Virus record (IMG/VR): IMGVR_UViG_3300031977_002889
DNA from: a virus
Length of the DNA: 64,000 bases
Direction: 5' to 3' (one strand)
Shown here: positions 8,427-18,533 of the stretch, in pieces
Layout: each line of letters begins with the position of its first letter
Numbering within the stretch: the stretch's first letter is position 1
The notes under the pieces: model-generated
The model's database searches: none
Seen by the model: the letters and a program-made list of their open reading frames with translations, nothing else
What the model was told of the DNA's origin: nothing
Position numbers and translations under genes: made by a program

Positions 8427-8974
8427 TATTTTCTCCTATAAAAAATATGAGAACCAATTCTTGTCACACGATCAAGAGTAGGCGCCCAATAAGGTTTTAC
8501 ATATGTAGCATGATAGTGTGTTGAACCTTCAGTAATTCCACGATATGCTCCATGAACATAGAAATCACGAGCAAACTTACGTGAACGCTCCCATGCTTCT
8601 GAATTGTTTGGTGTGTCAGCTTTACCGTCACAATACCAACTAAATTGACAAGTGCGCTTTCCTACAACATATCCATCATGTACTACATCACAAATTGTAT
8701 CAGGATAATATCTACTTTCAACTCTATTTTGAACCACGTCTGAAACCGCCATAGCATCAGCCATACTTACAGCTCGTGTTTCAAAATAGATATTCAAAGC
8801 AAGACACTCAAGTTCTTTAGCTTCAAACTTTTCTTGTTCTAGTTTTTGAGCATATGCTGGAAAAGCATAAATGCTACCAATAACCATACTGCCTGTTAAT
8901 AATCCAGATAAGATTGACTTCCACATTATTTTTGCCTCATATAATATTGGTGTATCAACGTTTCGCCTGCACAT
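8426..8974 (-). CDS. SleB-like cell wall hydrolase (Hydrolase_2)
   Basis: CLALNIYFE, NRV, CQFSWYCDG, THYHATYVKPYW, IGSHIFY; true start probably MWKSIL. Confidence 0.9.
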   Translation of the reverse strand: MCRRNVDTPILYEAKIMWKSILSGLLTGSMVIGSIYAFPAYAQKLEQEKFEAKELECLALNIYFETRAVSMADAMAVSDVVQNRVESRYYPDTICDVVHDGYVVGKRTCQFSWYCDGKADTPNNSEAWERSRKFARDFYVHGAYRGITEGSTHYHATYVKPYWAPTLDRVTRIGSHIFYRRK

Positions 8975-9038
8975 ATGCGTTGATACAATTCACGTAGACT
9001 AATTTGGTGGTACTTTGCCACTTCTTTATATAATTGAT

Positions 9039-9308
9039 CTACCATTCTTTTCGGTCTTCTTCGTTATCCCAACCATAGCGATATGCTTCGATCTCACCTA
9101 CAGTCATGTTGTCTTTTTCAACTCGCTCACCTTTATGAGTGCCATATGGCCAGTAGTGAGGGTCGAAAGAACGGTGATAATAGCGGTCAGCAGAACCCCT
9201 ATCTTGAGGACTGCCATGTAAAGGAATACCATCAGTTACGATGATGTCAAAATCTGGATACTTTGTCATTAGTAAGTCTCCAATCCTGTGAAACCTTCTT
9301 GTGTCCAA
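9039..9308 (-). CDS. hypothetical early protein
   Basis: ORF in early operon; HGSPQDRGSADRYY. Confidence 0.6.
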   Translation of the reverse strand: MDTRRFHRIGDLLMTKYPDFDIIVTDGIPLHGSPQDRGSADRYYHRSFDPHYWPYGTHKGERVEKDNMTVGEIEAYRYGWDNEEDRKEW

Positions 9309-9487
9309 CCACGAGCTTCAGCGTGACCAAGAACAATATCTTGATAATTTGAAGCAGGCCACCAACCCTCTTTAAGGGCCCATTGTTTCATATCAAGTTG
9401 AACCATTATCGATTGTTCACCTTGAGCTGTATCAGCATTGATACGTCTAATTTCATCTCCAACAAAAGCGATTTCTGCTATAGACAT
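9269..9487 (-). CDS. hypothetical early protein
   Basis: GGAGG RBS, translationally coupled. Confidence 0.55.
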   Translation of the reverse strand: MSIAEIAFVGDEIRRINADTAQGEQSIMVQLDMKQWALKEGWWPASNYQDIVLGHAEARGWTQEGFTGLETY

Positions 9488-9813
9488 TATGCTACCTCCT
9501 TGAACCCAACCATACCAACTTCGTACTCAACACCATTTACTTCCATGCGGTCAAACATAGATGTGGAACGAAGACCTAAACCATCTTCACGCTCAACAAG
9601 AACGGTAACGTCATCGTTAGCATCTTCACCGATCTTCTTAGACCAGCTACCCATTAGATTGTTTGTCCAACGGAACGCATATTCCAAAACGTCAGTTACG
9701 TTGTGTCCATCTGAAAAGTTAACCTCAGCAACAGGTGTGAAACCTTCTACGGCGCCTGTGATTTCATTGTAAGTTATGTGCTTAACGATGATTTTCATAA
9801 CATTCTCCTTCAT
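9487..9813 (-). CDS. hypothetical early protein
   Basis: AAGGAG RBS before MKIIV; LRSTSMFD motif. Confidence 0.65.
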   Translation of the reverse strand: MKENVMKIIVKHITYNEITGAVEGFTPVAEVNFSDGHNVTDVLEYAFRWTNNLMGSWSKKIGEDANDDVTVLVEREDGLGLRSTSMFDRMEVNGVEYEVGMVGFKEVA

Positions 9814-9900
9814 TTGATATAACTATCCTACTATATTCTGAAGGCAATGTACATGCTTTTTTTAAAATTCTTTTTATTTAAAATCAATAACTTATGATTT
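9802..9900 (-). promoter_or_regulatory. early promoter cassette copy 1 (IHF-like site, TGTACA-17-TAGGAT, shared leader/RBS)
   Basis: AATCAATAACTTA at 9882-9894; -35 at 9848-9853; -10 at 9825-9830; leader identical to copy 2. Confidence 0.7.
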
Positions 9901-9903
9901 TTT

Positions 9904-10605
9904 TTATTTTTTAATGAATTTTCTTATGATTGGAAACACTTTTTCAATCTCTTTGGCACATTCAAGAGCAACTTCACGGTGTTCTTTTTGTGTACCATTT
10001 CCAGATCTTAGTTCGATGTAGTGCATCCATGAACGAATAGTACCATTCATATAAATTCGTGACATCATATTACCTTCAGGCAATACAGCTCGAGCTTGTT
10101 CTTTAGCAATACCATTTTCAATTGCCCACTGATATACTTCTTTAGCTTGATTTATAACCCCGTGTTGTCTACGACCCCACTCAGTAATGAGATCTTGTTT
10201 TTTCAAATCTAATTGAATAGCAGGATCATTTTCGATTTCAATAGAATTTTGACGATTAGTATGGTCTTGAAGGCGAGCTTCACGTTTTACCATATCTAAA
10301 TCTTTAGTTGGATCAGCATATCGTTGACTAAACTCTTGAAAGCTAAAACTTCTATGTCTTAAGATTTGTCTCGCGATGTCTCTTGTTGTTTCAATTTCGA
10401 GGCATGCTGAGACCATTTCGAATGGCGACCAGTGAGATTCTTTGGCAAGGTATGACAAGAGTCTCTCAGCTGTTTTCTTGTTGGATTGGTTGGATGGATT
10501 GGAGACACGGGCGCAATACGCGATGAGATCTTGGGCATCATCAATTCCTATAAAAGCATCTTTTGCGGGTTGTGAATAACTAATTAGTCTTACATTAGGT
10601 TTCAA
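9904..10605 (-). CDS. thyX: flavin-dependent thymidylate synthase
   Basis: HWSPFE, RQILRHRSFSFQEFSQRY, QKEHR motifs. Confidence 0.97.
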   Translation of the reverse strand: MKPNVRLISYSQPAKDAFIGIDDAQDLIAYCARVSNPSNQSNKKTAERLLSYLAKESHWSPFEMVSACLEIETTRDIARQILRHRSFSFQEFSQRYADPTKDLDMVKREARLQDHTNRQNSIEIENDPAIQLDLKKQDLITEWGRRQHGVINQAKEVYQWAIENGIAKEQARAVLPEGNMMSRIYMNGTIRSWMHYIELRSGNGTQKEHREVALECAKEIEKVFPIIRKFIKK

Positions 10606-11966
10606 AGTTTAAAATCCTCAAATTTCTTTCCAGCTGGAGTTTTATCAAATACTGGTGTATCATCGGTTAACGTTTGTTGGGAATCATCCACATCAAAAAG
10701 GCGCATACGACTTCTATCGACACCAACAACAAATCTTTTATAATGAGTAGGATCGTTGTACCGATTCTTAAGCTGTTTGACCATAATTTGACCTTGTCGT
10801 TCGAGCTCTTCTGTCGAGATGAGTGCAAACATGAGGTCTGCGGTAGCGGGTAATCCAAAAGATTCAGAGGTATCTTCAAGCCCAACATCCGAGTTAGAAT
10901 AACCACTGCGAGTCGTTTGCGTTGCAGAGAATATCGGTAGGTCGTATTCCACTGCAAGACCTCGTAATTCTTCAGCAATTGCTTTAATGTAGTTGTATGA
11001 ATTGATAGCACCACCCATTCCTTTCATACGGCTAGATGCGCAGATATTAAGATAATCAATAAAAATAATATCAGGTACAAATTGTTTTTTAAGTTTTAGT
11101 TCATTTAATAGTGCTCTAAAATGACCAGCATGAGCAGAACCAGTTGGATATTCTTTTACAATAAGCTTACCAGTTGTTTTACGAGCAAGATCAGCAACTT
11201 TAGTCGTAAACATATCTTTTGATAGATTGTCAAGTTGATCGATTGGAACATTTAATAAGTTAGCATCGATACGTTCAGCAATCCTTTCTTCTGCCATTTC
11301 CATAGTAATATAAAGAACATTATGACCTTCAGTCAATGCGCTAGCCGCAACATGGCACATGAATAATGATTTACCAACACCTGTGCCAGCAAGAGCAATA
11401 TTAAGAGTCTTGTTTGGTACACCGCCTTTGGTAATTTTGTTAAAATACTCAAGATCAAAAGGAATACGAGATTCTTCTGTATGATAGAAATCATAACGTT
11501 GATTCACATCTTCAATATAATCGTGACCAACTGAAGCATCAAATGTCACAGCAAGAGCATCTTGTAAAAGAGATGGCAAACTATTTTTTGTAAGCGTAGA
11601 ATGTTTACCATCAATAATAGTAATTGATTCCATTACAGCATTATAGATTGCTCGATCTTGACACCACTTTTCAGTATTATCAAGTAACCATTTATCATCT
11701 ACTTTATCACCAACAAATAATGTTTCAGCAATTTCACATGCTGCAGTATAAGCATCACCACTTAAAGTTGAATTATTTAACTCAACCATAAATGATTCTG
11801 CTGTAGGTAACTTATTATATTTTGCTACATATTTACCGGCTTCTTTAAAAAGAGTACGATAAGGTCCTTCGAAATATTCTGGTTTAATAAATGGCAAAAC
11901 ACGACGCATATAATCATCGTCTGTCAATAAGTTTCTTAAAATAGTTTGTTCTATTTTGTTATTCAA
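10602..11966 (-). CDS. gp41: replicative DNA helicase (T4 gp41-like)
   Basis: AGTGVGKS Walker A, ITMEMAEERIAERIDANL, IDY, ATQTTR, KNRY. Confidence 0.97.
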   Translation of the reverse strand: MNNKIEQTILRNLLTDDDYMRRVLPFIKPEYFEGPYRTLFKEAGKYVAKYNKLPTAESFMVELNNSTLSGDAYTAACEIAETLFVGDKVDDKWLLDNTEKWCQDRAIYNAVMESITIIDGKHSTLTKNSLPSLLQDALAVTFDASVGHDYIEDVNQRYDFYHTEESRIPFDLEYFNKITKGGVPNKTLNIALAGTGVGKSLFMCHVAASALTEGHNVLYITMEMAEERIAERIDANLLNVPIDQLDNLSKDMFTTKVADLARKTTGKLIVKEYPTGSAHAGHFRALLNELKLKKQFVPDIIFIDYLNICASSRMKGMGGAINSYNYIKAIAEELRGLAVEYDLPIFSATQTTRSGYSNSDVGLEDTSESFGLPATADLMFALISTEELERQGQIMVKQLKNRYNDPTHYKRFVVGVDRSRMRLFDVDDSQQTLTDDTPVFDKTPAGKKFEDFKL

Positions 11967-12306
11967 TATACCCTACCGTTTCTCTTACTATATCGTTATG
12001 ATTAAACTCAGCCCAATAGAGTTCGTAAGCAACACCAGACTCTAAACATTCAAACTGATGATAGAGGCCTGGTTTGACTTTATGATAATCACCTTCTTGA
12101 AGAACTGTAACATCAACTAAATCATAGTCGCGTTGCCAGGTACGAATAAGCATGCTACCTGATTCAACATAAAATCCATTCCATTTATAACGATGTAAGT
12201 GTTTAGAGCATACGCCACCTTCTTCCATTTCAATACGATGAAACTCTAAAGCACCATTTGCTTCAATCAATTCCGTCGTTCCCCAAACTTTACCTGCTTT
12301 CATCAT
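11959..12306 (-). CDS. cupin-fold protein (sugar isomerase-like)
   Basis: GKVWG, CSKHLH, HQF cupin motifs. Confidence 0.7.
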   Translation of the reverse strand: MMKAGKVWGTTELIEANGALEFHRIEMEEGGVCSKHLHRYKWNGFYVESGSMLIRTWQRDYDLVDVTVLQEGDYHKVKPGLYHQFECLESGVAYELYWAEFNHNDIVRETVGYIE

Positions 12307-12363
12307 TCATTCTCCATCAATGCTGCCCAATTGCAACCCTCGAGCAGTTCTACCATTGTTACC

Positions 12364-12672
12364 TTAGCCAAAACGATCCCTCATTAGTTTATCTCTTATT
12401 CTACGAGTATATATTGTTTCAGGTATTTGATCTATGATTTCAATTAGAAGTTTCAAATCTTCTCGGTCAAATCCTCCATACTCTGTATCTTTGTTTACAA
12501 TGTAGCCACGTCTGTTGAGTTCGTCGATGAAGTCTTGATCGTCCAAACTGTCGATGATATCACCTATATAAACATCTACATCTACCTCTACATTTACAGT
12601 TTTATAGCGCATTTTAGTGCTCCAATCCAAATTCGAAGTCCAGTCGGTAACCATCACTAGGTTTATAACCAA
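12364..12672 (-). CDS. hypothetical protein
   Basis: ORF in operon; true start probably MRYKTV. Confidence 0.5.
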   Translation of the reverse strand: MVINLVMVTDWTSNLDWSTKMRYKTVNVEVDVDVYIGDIIDSLDDQDFIDELNRRGYIVNKDTEYGGFDREDLKLLIEIIDQIPETIYTRRIRDKLMRDRFG

Positions 12673-12811
12673 AGTGCCTAAGTTCTTTGATTTCGTTCAT
12701 CATAGCATTGCCGCTATAGTTAGCATAAGGATACTTGCCTAACAATCGTTCACCCGTCTTACAACGTGCATCTTTCTTGAAGACAAACAGTGTGTAACCA
12801 TATTGTGTCAT
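12614..12811 (-). CDS. hypothetical protein
   Basis: Coupled ORF; DARCKTGERL. Confidence 0.55.
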   Translation of the reverse strand: MTQYGYTLFVFKKDARCKTGERLLGKYPYANYSGNAMMNEIKELRHFGYKPSDGYRLDFEFGLEH

Positions 12812-13155
12812 TATACATAGGCCTTACCTAGTAAATTTTCTGCTGACCAACGGGCTTCCCAATCTCCAATCCATTCAATTTTCTTTTCTCTTGACCAACC
12901 AGCCAGATAATCATTGTCTCTGTCAAATAGTTTTAATACTTCTTCTTCTGACATTAACTGTGTATCAACAATGTTTTCATTTAAACAAAGTTGGCTGAAC
13001 TCTTCAGCTTCATTGCAAGTCACAGAATCTTTAATAAAAGTTTCTGGATCACAGTCTTTGATGTCACTCGTAGGAATGACATATCTTGTTCTAAACTGTA
13101 GAACCGCGGTTAACACTACATAATCACTCATTTCGCTCATTCCATTTCCTCGCAT
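12811..13155 (-). CDS. hypothetical protein
   Basis: Coupled ORF; EEFSQ, DNDYL motifs. Confidence 0.55.
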   Translation of the reverse strand: MRGNGMSEMSDYVVLTAVLQFRTRYVIPTSDIKDCDPETFIKDSVTCNEAEEFSQLCLNENIVDTQLMSEEEVLKLFDRDNDYLAGWSREKKIEWIGDWEARWSAENLLGKAYV

Positions 13156-13798
13156 CTTCAGGTGTATTAATTTCTATTCCATTCCATTCTACCTCATTTA
13201 CACCAATTTGTACACCGTTTTTTATCCATCTTAATTGTTCTAATTGTTCAATTTGTTCTTCAGGATATTTTACATATGACCAATATTTAGCAAGTACTTC
13301 TCTTGTATATCCATACACACCTAAATGCCAATCACCATATCCTTTAAATCCTCTTCCAAACCATAAAGCTCTATTTTCAAATCGAATTAATTTTACCGTA
13401 TTAGGATCATTTTGTAATTCTTTAGGCATTTTAGTATAGACAGTAGATACATGATAAAACCCTAATAAATCTATACAACCTTCAATACAATCAGATGTTA
13501 CGTCAGGCATATCACCTTGAACATTAATAAACTGATCGTATCTTCTTAATAAAGGTATGGCTCCACTACATCTTTCAGTTCCATTTTTGTAATTAGCATT
13601 TTCAACTCTACAATTATTATCATTAAAACGTTCTGCTATACTCCAATCGTCTGTTAAAACATATGTATCAAGACCTGTTTTAGCACATACTTCATATACA
13701 CGCTTTATCATTGGAATACCACCCAAATTTACAAGTGGCTTTCCAGGAAATCGACTAGATTTAAATCTAGCTGGAATAAGAATAGCGGTCGATGTCAT
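13124..13798 (-). CDS. kdsB: 3-deoxy-manno-octulosonate cytidylyltransferase (CMP-Kdo synthetase)
   Basis: IPARFKSSRFPGKPL, GTER, NVQGD, HLGVY, EQLEQLR. Confidence 0.93.
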   Translation of the reverse strand: MTSTAILIPARFKSSRFPGKPLVNLGGIPMIKRVYEVCAKTGLDTYVLTDDWSIAERFNDNNCRVENANYKNGTERCSGAIPLLRRYDQFINVQGDMPDVTSDCIEGCIDLLGFYHVSTVYTKMPKELQNDPNTVKLIRFENRALWFGRGFKGYGDWHLGVYGYTREVLAKYWSYVKYPEEQIEQLEQLRWIKNGVQIGVNEVEWNGIEINTPEDARKWNERNE

Positions 13799-14525
13799 TT
13801 ACTACACTTTCAAAATCTTCTAGTCTTAGCATATTTGGTCCATCACTTGGTGCATTATCTGGATCTGCATGTACTTCTAAAAAGAAGTTGCTAATACCCA
13901 TAGCACTGGCAGCCCGAGCAAGACCTGGAACGTAATCACGATTACCGCCACTTGATTTCCCATTGCCTCCGGGTTTTTGGACAGAGTGCGTAACATCAAA
14001 AACAATAGGATTGTCATAGTTAGCAAGCATATACTGAAGGCCAGTATAGTCAACAACAAGATTATTATACCCAAAACTAGTACCTCTTTCTGTAATCCAA
14101 ACTTCTTTCGCGTTTTTAGTTTTACTTAATATGCCAGCAACATCCCAAGGTGCTAGGAATTGTCCCTTTTTAATATTAACTATGCAATTTGATTTACAAG
14201 CTTCTACAATTAAATCAGTTTGTCTACATAAGAATGCTGGTATTTGTAAAACATCAACTACACCTTTACATCTACTTATTTGTCCTACAGTGTGAACATC
14301 GGTTAATATTTTAAAACCAGCGTCTCTAATTTTTTGAAAGTCAGGCAGTGTGTCATCAATACCTACACCACGCTTACCAGACATGCTGGTGCGATTTGCT
14401 TTGTCAAAGCTTGCTTTAAATATATATTCAATTTCATATTTATCACAAACATCTTTACAATGATTAGCAATTTCTAAAGATTGCTCAAGAGACTCATGTT
14501 GACACGGTCCTGCTATTATCCGCAC
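13767..14525 (-). CDS. kdsA: Kdo-8-phosphate synthase
   Basis: IAGPC, KASFDKANRTS, QIPAFLCRQTDL, KKGQF, ERG, SDGPN. Confidence 0.96.
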   Translation of the reverse strand: MRIIAGPCQHESLEQSLEIANHCKDVCDKYEIEYIFKASFDKANRTSMSGKRGVGIDDTLPDFQKIRDAGFKILTDVHTVGQISRCKGVVDVLQIPAFLCRQTDLIVEACKSNCIVNIKKGQFLAPWDVAGILSKTKNAKEVWITERGTSFGYNNLVVDYTGLQYMLANYDNPIVFDVTHSVQKPGGNGKSSGGNRDYVPGLARAASAMGISNFFLEVHADPDNAPSDGPNMLRLEDFESVVNDIDRYSYSS

Positions 14526-14829
14526 GTTTTGCTTCCTCTCGTTCTATGGCAGCTTCAACCGCGTTAGTCATACATTCATATAAAATTTCACCTACAACTT
14601 CAGCGCAATCATCTTCTGTAAGACCATCAATTGGAGAAGACAAAATTTCAAAATTAAAATTTAATTCGTCTTTTTCAGCCACTTCGGCAATAGTACCAAA
14701 CCTAAAAACAGTTTCAGTATATTCACCTTCTAATATTCTAACATTCCACCAATTTTCATCATCTGATGGAATTAGTTCAAAGTCTTCATTCTGTTTCAAA
14801 TTCAAGTTCCACTTCTGTTTGATAACCAA
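14494..14829 (-). CDS. hypothetical, possible gp40-like head assembly chaperone
   Basis: Small acidic protein immediately downstream of uvsX, as gp40 is in T4. Confidence 0.4.
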   Translation of the reverse strand: MVIKQKWNLNLKQNEDFELIPSDDENWWNVRILEGEYTETVFRFGTIAEVAEKDELNFNFEILSSPIDGLTEDDCAEVVGEILYECMTNAVEAAIEREEAKRADNSRTVST

Positions 14830-15826
14830 TGGCGTATTGCCGTTTTAAAAATTCTTTGAAATCAGTATTAGTAAAGATTGGATCCCAAAATTCTTTCTCT
14901 AAAGTTTGATCATACCTAACCTTTGCGCCAATTTCACCTGTTTCCTGATTAACTTCAGAATACCACCCGTTGGAAGGTTTAGTAACGTAGCCACCAGCGA
15001 GAGCCACATCAAGAAGGCCGCTGTAATTGCGAACACCACCGTCCCAGGAAACAGTAATAGGAATCTTAGACTTTTCTTTAACATACCTGCTCTTTTCAAC
15101 GTTAATTACAAAATGATACCCTTGAATCTCTGTACCTTTTTTATCTTGTTGTCTACCAAGAATCCAAATATTATCAGCACTATAATATATGCCTGTACCT
15201 CCAGATACTACAGCTTTTGGAAATAATCCAATTTCCATATAAGTGTGATTTACTGCAATAAGAGGAATATCTTTCATATTTAGATATGGAGTACACATTC
15301 TAAACAGACCTTTAAGAGCTTTTGCTCTTGACATGTCTGCTACAGATTTTTCATTAATAGCATCTTCTAATTCTTTTTTCGATGCTAAATTACCAACTGA
15401 ATCAATCATAATAATAACTTTATCATTACGATCAAGACCTTCAAGTTGAGAAATAACATCAAACTTAAGTTCTTCTACGTTTGTAATTGGTGTATGAAGA
15501 ACTCGAGTAGTATCGATATCATATTGTTGAAAATAAGATTGAGGAGAACCAAACTCTGAGTCATAAAATAATAGAACAGCATCTTCGTATTTTTTCAAAT
15601 AAGCAGAAGCCATAATAAGACCAAAAGAAGTTTTAAAATGTTTTGATGGACCTGCAAGAACTGTAAGACCTGGAGCAATTCCTCCATCTACAGAACCAGA
15701 TAATGCCACATTAATCATTGGTACATCTGTTGGTACCATATCTTTTTCAGTAAAAAACTTACTTTCACTTAGAACATTAGTAAATTCTATTTTACTGTTC
15801 TTTTTCAATTTATCCATTATTGACAT
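14786..15826 (-). CDS. uvsX: RecA-like recombinase
   Basis: AGPSKHFKT, FYDSEFG, IDSVGNLASKKE, VSGGTGIYYSA. Confidence 0.96.
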   Translation of the reverse strand: MSIMDKLKKNSKIEFTNVLSESKFFTEKDMVPTDVPMINVALSGSVDGGIAPGLTVLAGPSKHFKTSFGLIMASAYLKKYEDAVLLFYDSEFGSPQSYFQQYDIDTTRVLHTPITNVEELKFDVISQLEGLDRNDKVIIMIDSVGNLASKKELEDAINEKSVADMSRAKALKGLFRMCTPYLNMKDIPLIAVNHTYMEIGLFPKAVVSGGTGIYYSADNIWILGRQQDKKGTEIQGYHFVINVEKSRYVKEKSKIPITVSWDGGVRNYSGLLDVALAGGYVTKPSNGWYSEVNQETGEIGAKVRYDQTLEKEFWDPIFTNTDFKEFLKRQYAIGYQTEVELEFETE

Positions 15827-15827
15827 A

Positions 15828-16583
15828 TTATACTGGAATCCCTTCGAATTGATTATTCATAATAAATTGCTTTACGTCTACTTTTGGTTTCCAACCAAAT
15901 TCTTCTTTCATATGAGTATTATCAGCAGTATTGTTTGGAGCTTCACAAGTAGCACCTTCTTTTATAGGTACGTTATATCCAGCCAATTCTGCCAAATCAG
16001 ATACAGTATTACCCACTCCAGTACCAATATCGTAAGCGCGCTGTTGTGGTTCATTGTCAGAATTGATAATAGCCAATATCGCTGAGACAACATCACTAAC
16101 GTGAATAAAGTCACGCACGTGATTAGTACTATACTCAAGATTGCTTGAAAGAAGCCTACCCATGAACATAGTATCGCGAGCACCATCACCATACACAGTT
16201 GTAAAGCGAAGCGCTGTTTGTCTAGCTCTTGCAGTTTCTTCGTTAACTTTCTTTGTTGTTCCATAAGGAGATAACCACCATCTGTGAATACAGGATGAGG
16301 AAGCATACAATAATGGTACATTATTCTTCCTACAAATTTGTTGTATTCGAGTTGTATTTTCTACATTGTTTTTCCAATATTCTTGTGGATAGTCAATGCT
16401 ACGTCTTACGTCGGCTTGTGCTGCTAAATGAATTACCCAACTTACACCAGAAGGTAATTCAAAGTGATCGATATGTCTTTCAATCTTTCGATCCCACTGA
16501 TCTACAACATGTCCAGCTGCAATCAGTTCCTTTACTAAATGGGATCCAATGAACCCATGTGATCCAGTTACTACAATTTTCAT
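15828..16583 (-). CDS. NAD-dependent nucleotide-sugar epimerase/dehydratase
   Basis: TGSHGFIG, HLAA, YASSS, YGTTK, RDFIHV. Confidence 0.9.
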   Translation of the reverse strand: MKIVVTGSHGFIGSHLVKELIAAGHVVDQWDRKIERHIDHFELPSGVSWVIHLAAQADVRRSIDYPQEYWKNNVENTTRIQQICRKNNVPLLYASSSCIHRWWLSPYGTTKKVNEETARARQTALRFTTVYGDGARDTMFMGRLLSSNLEYSTNHVRDFIHVSDVVSAILAIINSDNEPQQRAYDIGTGVGNTVSDLAELAGYNVPIKEGATCEAPNNTADNTHMKEEFGWKPKVDVKQFIMNNQFEGIPV

Positions 16584-16621
16584 TTAAGAATCCTCTAATA
16601 TTAATGAAGCTATTTATGCTA

Positions 16622-17659
16622 TTATACCATAAATTCATCTAATAGTACACTCTTTTCTGGTGGTCGACCTTGTCTTTGTGCCCATCCTGATACCCAACCA
16701 GAATTATTTTGAATATTAGCAGAGATATGGTCAAACGTATCGTCATTTCGTGGTACATAATTTTGACCAAATCGAACAAAGTCACATAAAACATCTTCAT
16801 TATCTCGTGGTGCCCCACCCATACGTTCACATAATATATCCATAAATTTATCAGTACTATATCCGCTTGACATCATTTTCATACACCTAACGGCATTATT
16901 ACCAAAATATCCATGAGACTGATCATCTACAAGATCTTTATGATAATCACCCAAATCATATGAAAAAGCAGCATAAACAAAGTTAAATTTTCTGTGTCCC
17001 TGTTCAGCATTATATGCATTTAAAAAATCTGTAACTTGTTTATGTGTTTTCTTTTGGCCACTATGTAACCAATCAATGAGTCTATCTAAAAGATGTGGTA
17101 ATTCTTCAGTAAGATAATCAATAACACTTACACCTTTACGAGGAGCTGGAGGTTGGTTTCCAATTGAAGTGAAAGTTGGAATCTTATTTGCTTTACGGTA
17201 TTTAAGATCAGCACTCATTTCTTCAATTGATTCTAAAACTCCCCATTTATGAACACAATTATTTCTATAACCATGATCTCTTGTAAATGATGCTCCAGAT
17301 CCTGTGGCTCTATGACACATATAAGCAAATAACCACGTTTTAAGATCCCATTTTTCAGTGATATAGCTATCAACCAAATCTACGTGTTTTTGACCTAAAG
17401 ATTTATTCTTTAATTGATGATGTCTTTTTGGTGTTTCACTACGATACCTTAAATCTTGTAAAACATTTGAAAAACCAGCAGCATCTCTTGTATAACAATC
17501 GTAAATATCAATCTCTTGCATAAGATCGTCATTTATTTCTTTATTTGCTATTTCACCTGTATAAGGAATTTTTCCCCAGTTACAATTAATTTGTAACCAC
17601 TTGGCTCTTGGATAATAATAATCTACTAAAATATCAATTGCTTTTTCATTAAGCCACAT
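16622..17659 (-). CDS. aGPT-PPlase superfamily protein (5-hm-pyrimidine DNA kinase helical domain / amino acid:DNA transferase-like), paralog 1
   Basis: DL...GNNAVRCM...DNEDVLCDFVRF resembling GPGAxxGL...ExxLCEFxKY; DNA-modification context. Confidence 0.65.
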   Translation of the reverse strand: MWLNEKAIDILVDYYYPRAKWLQINCNWGKIPYTGEIANKEINDDLMQEIDIYDCYTRDAAGFSNVLQDLRYRSETPKRHHQLKNKSLGQKHVDLVDSYITEKWDLKTWLFAYMCHRATGSGASFTRDHGYRNNCVHKWGVLESIEEMSADLKYRKANKIPTFTSIGNQPPAPRKGVSVIDYLTEELPHLLDRLIDWLHSGQKKTHKQVTDFLNAYNAEQGHRKFNFVYAAFSYDLGDYHKDLVDDQSHGYFGNNAVRCMKMMSSGYSTDKFMDILCERMGGAPRDNEDVLCDFVRFGQNYVPRNDDTFDHISANIQNNSGWVSGWAQRQGRPPEKSVLLDEFMV

Positions 17660-18533
17660 TCTTCGCCCACTCCCTATATGAATCTATAGTATCTGCTAAT
17701 TCTAAATTTTGTAAAATTGGTTCTTTTCCTACATTCCAAAAGAGAATGTCTTTATCAGTATTTTTAGGAATATACTTCCATACTTTGCCATCGTAAGTAT
17801 CTATAGTCGGAAAAGGTGGTAGGTTTTCTTTTTTCTCTGCTTGTAAAAATGCAAGAGGTTCAGATATAGGTTTGGCAATTCCAAGCTCTCCAGCTTTCAT
17901 ATTACGAGATACACAAACTGAATGAAACTTTGCATTTGGCCATGCAATTTGAAGGGCACGAGTAAGTACACCTGTTGATGTAGCAGTATAAACTTCTTCT
18001 GGTTCTCGTATCTTCGAAGCTGTCTTTACAATACCAGCTGTGACCATTTCATGTTTCAATCCAAGTGGTACAAAGAAAGCATTTTTTCTTTCAGAAGCCC
18101 ATTTCTTTGCAATGGCATTTAGATTTGGCATAGCAGCTATTCTATGAAATTGGAATTTAGCTCCTCGTTCAATACAACAGGCTTGATGATGACTAATCTT
18201 TTTTGATGAAGGCATAAAAAGCATGACATCTTTACCATGTCGTTTTGCTACGTCAAGTATACTAACACCAGCAAGACCAGTCCGAGGTTGAACATAGACG
18301 ATAGTATCGATTCGAGAATCGAGGCTACTAATAAGACAATCACCGCCACGAACTTTAGAACCCACAAGATAGTCGTCACGAACAACTCGTACACCATCGT
18401 GCATATTAACCACTGGTTCACCATAAGGATCTTCCCAATCTTTTGCTAAATCTAAATAATATTCTTTTGGATCTCCATAGAATGGGTTTATATCTTTATT
18501 AATTCCATCTATAACATGATTTTTAAACGCCAA
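17649..18533 (-). CDS. PLP-dependent fold-type II enzyme (as in hypermodification-locus decarboxylases)
   Basis: VVRDDYLVGSKVRG (PLP Lys), STGVL, YDGK, LFWNVG; TTG start with GGGGAG RBS. Confidence 0.75.
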   Translation of the reverse strand: MAFKNHVIDGINKDINPFYGDPKEYYLDLAKDWEDPYGEPVVNMHDGVRVVRDDYLVGSKVRGGDCLISSLDSRIDTIVYVQPRTGLAGVSILDVAKRHGKDVMLFMPSSKKISHHQACCIERGAKFQFHRIAAMPNLNAIAKKWASERKNAFFVPLGLKHEMVTAGIVKTASKIREPEEVYTATSTGVLTRALQIAWPNAKFHSVCVSRNMKAGELGIAKPISEPLAFLQAEKKENLPPFPTIDTYDGKVWKYIPKNTDKDILFWNVGKEPILQNLELADTIDSYREWAKNVA

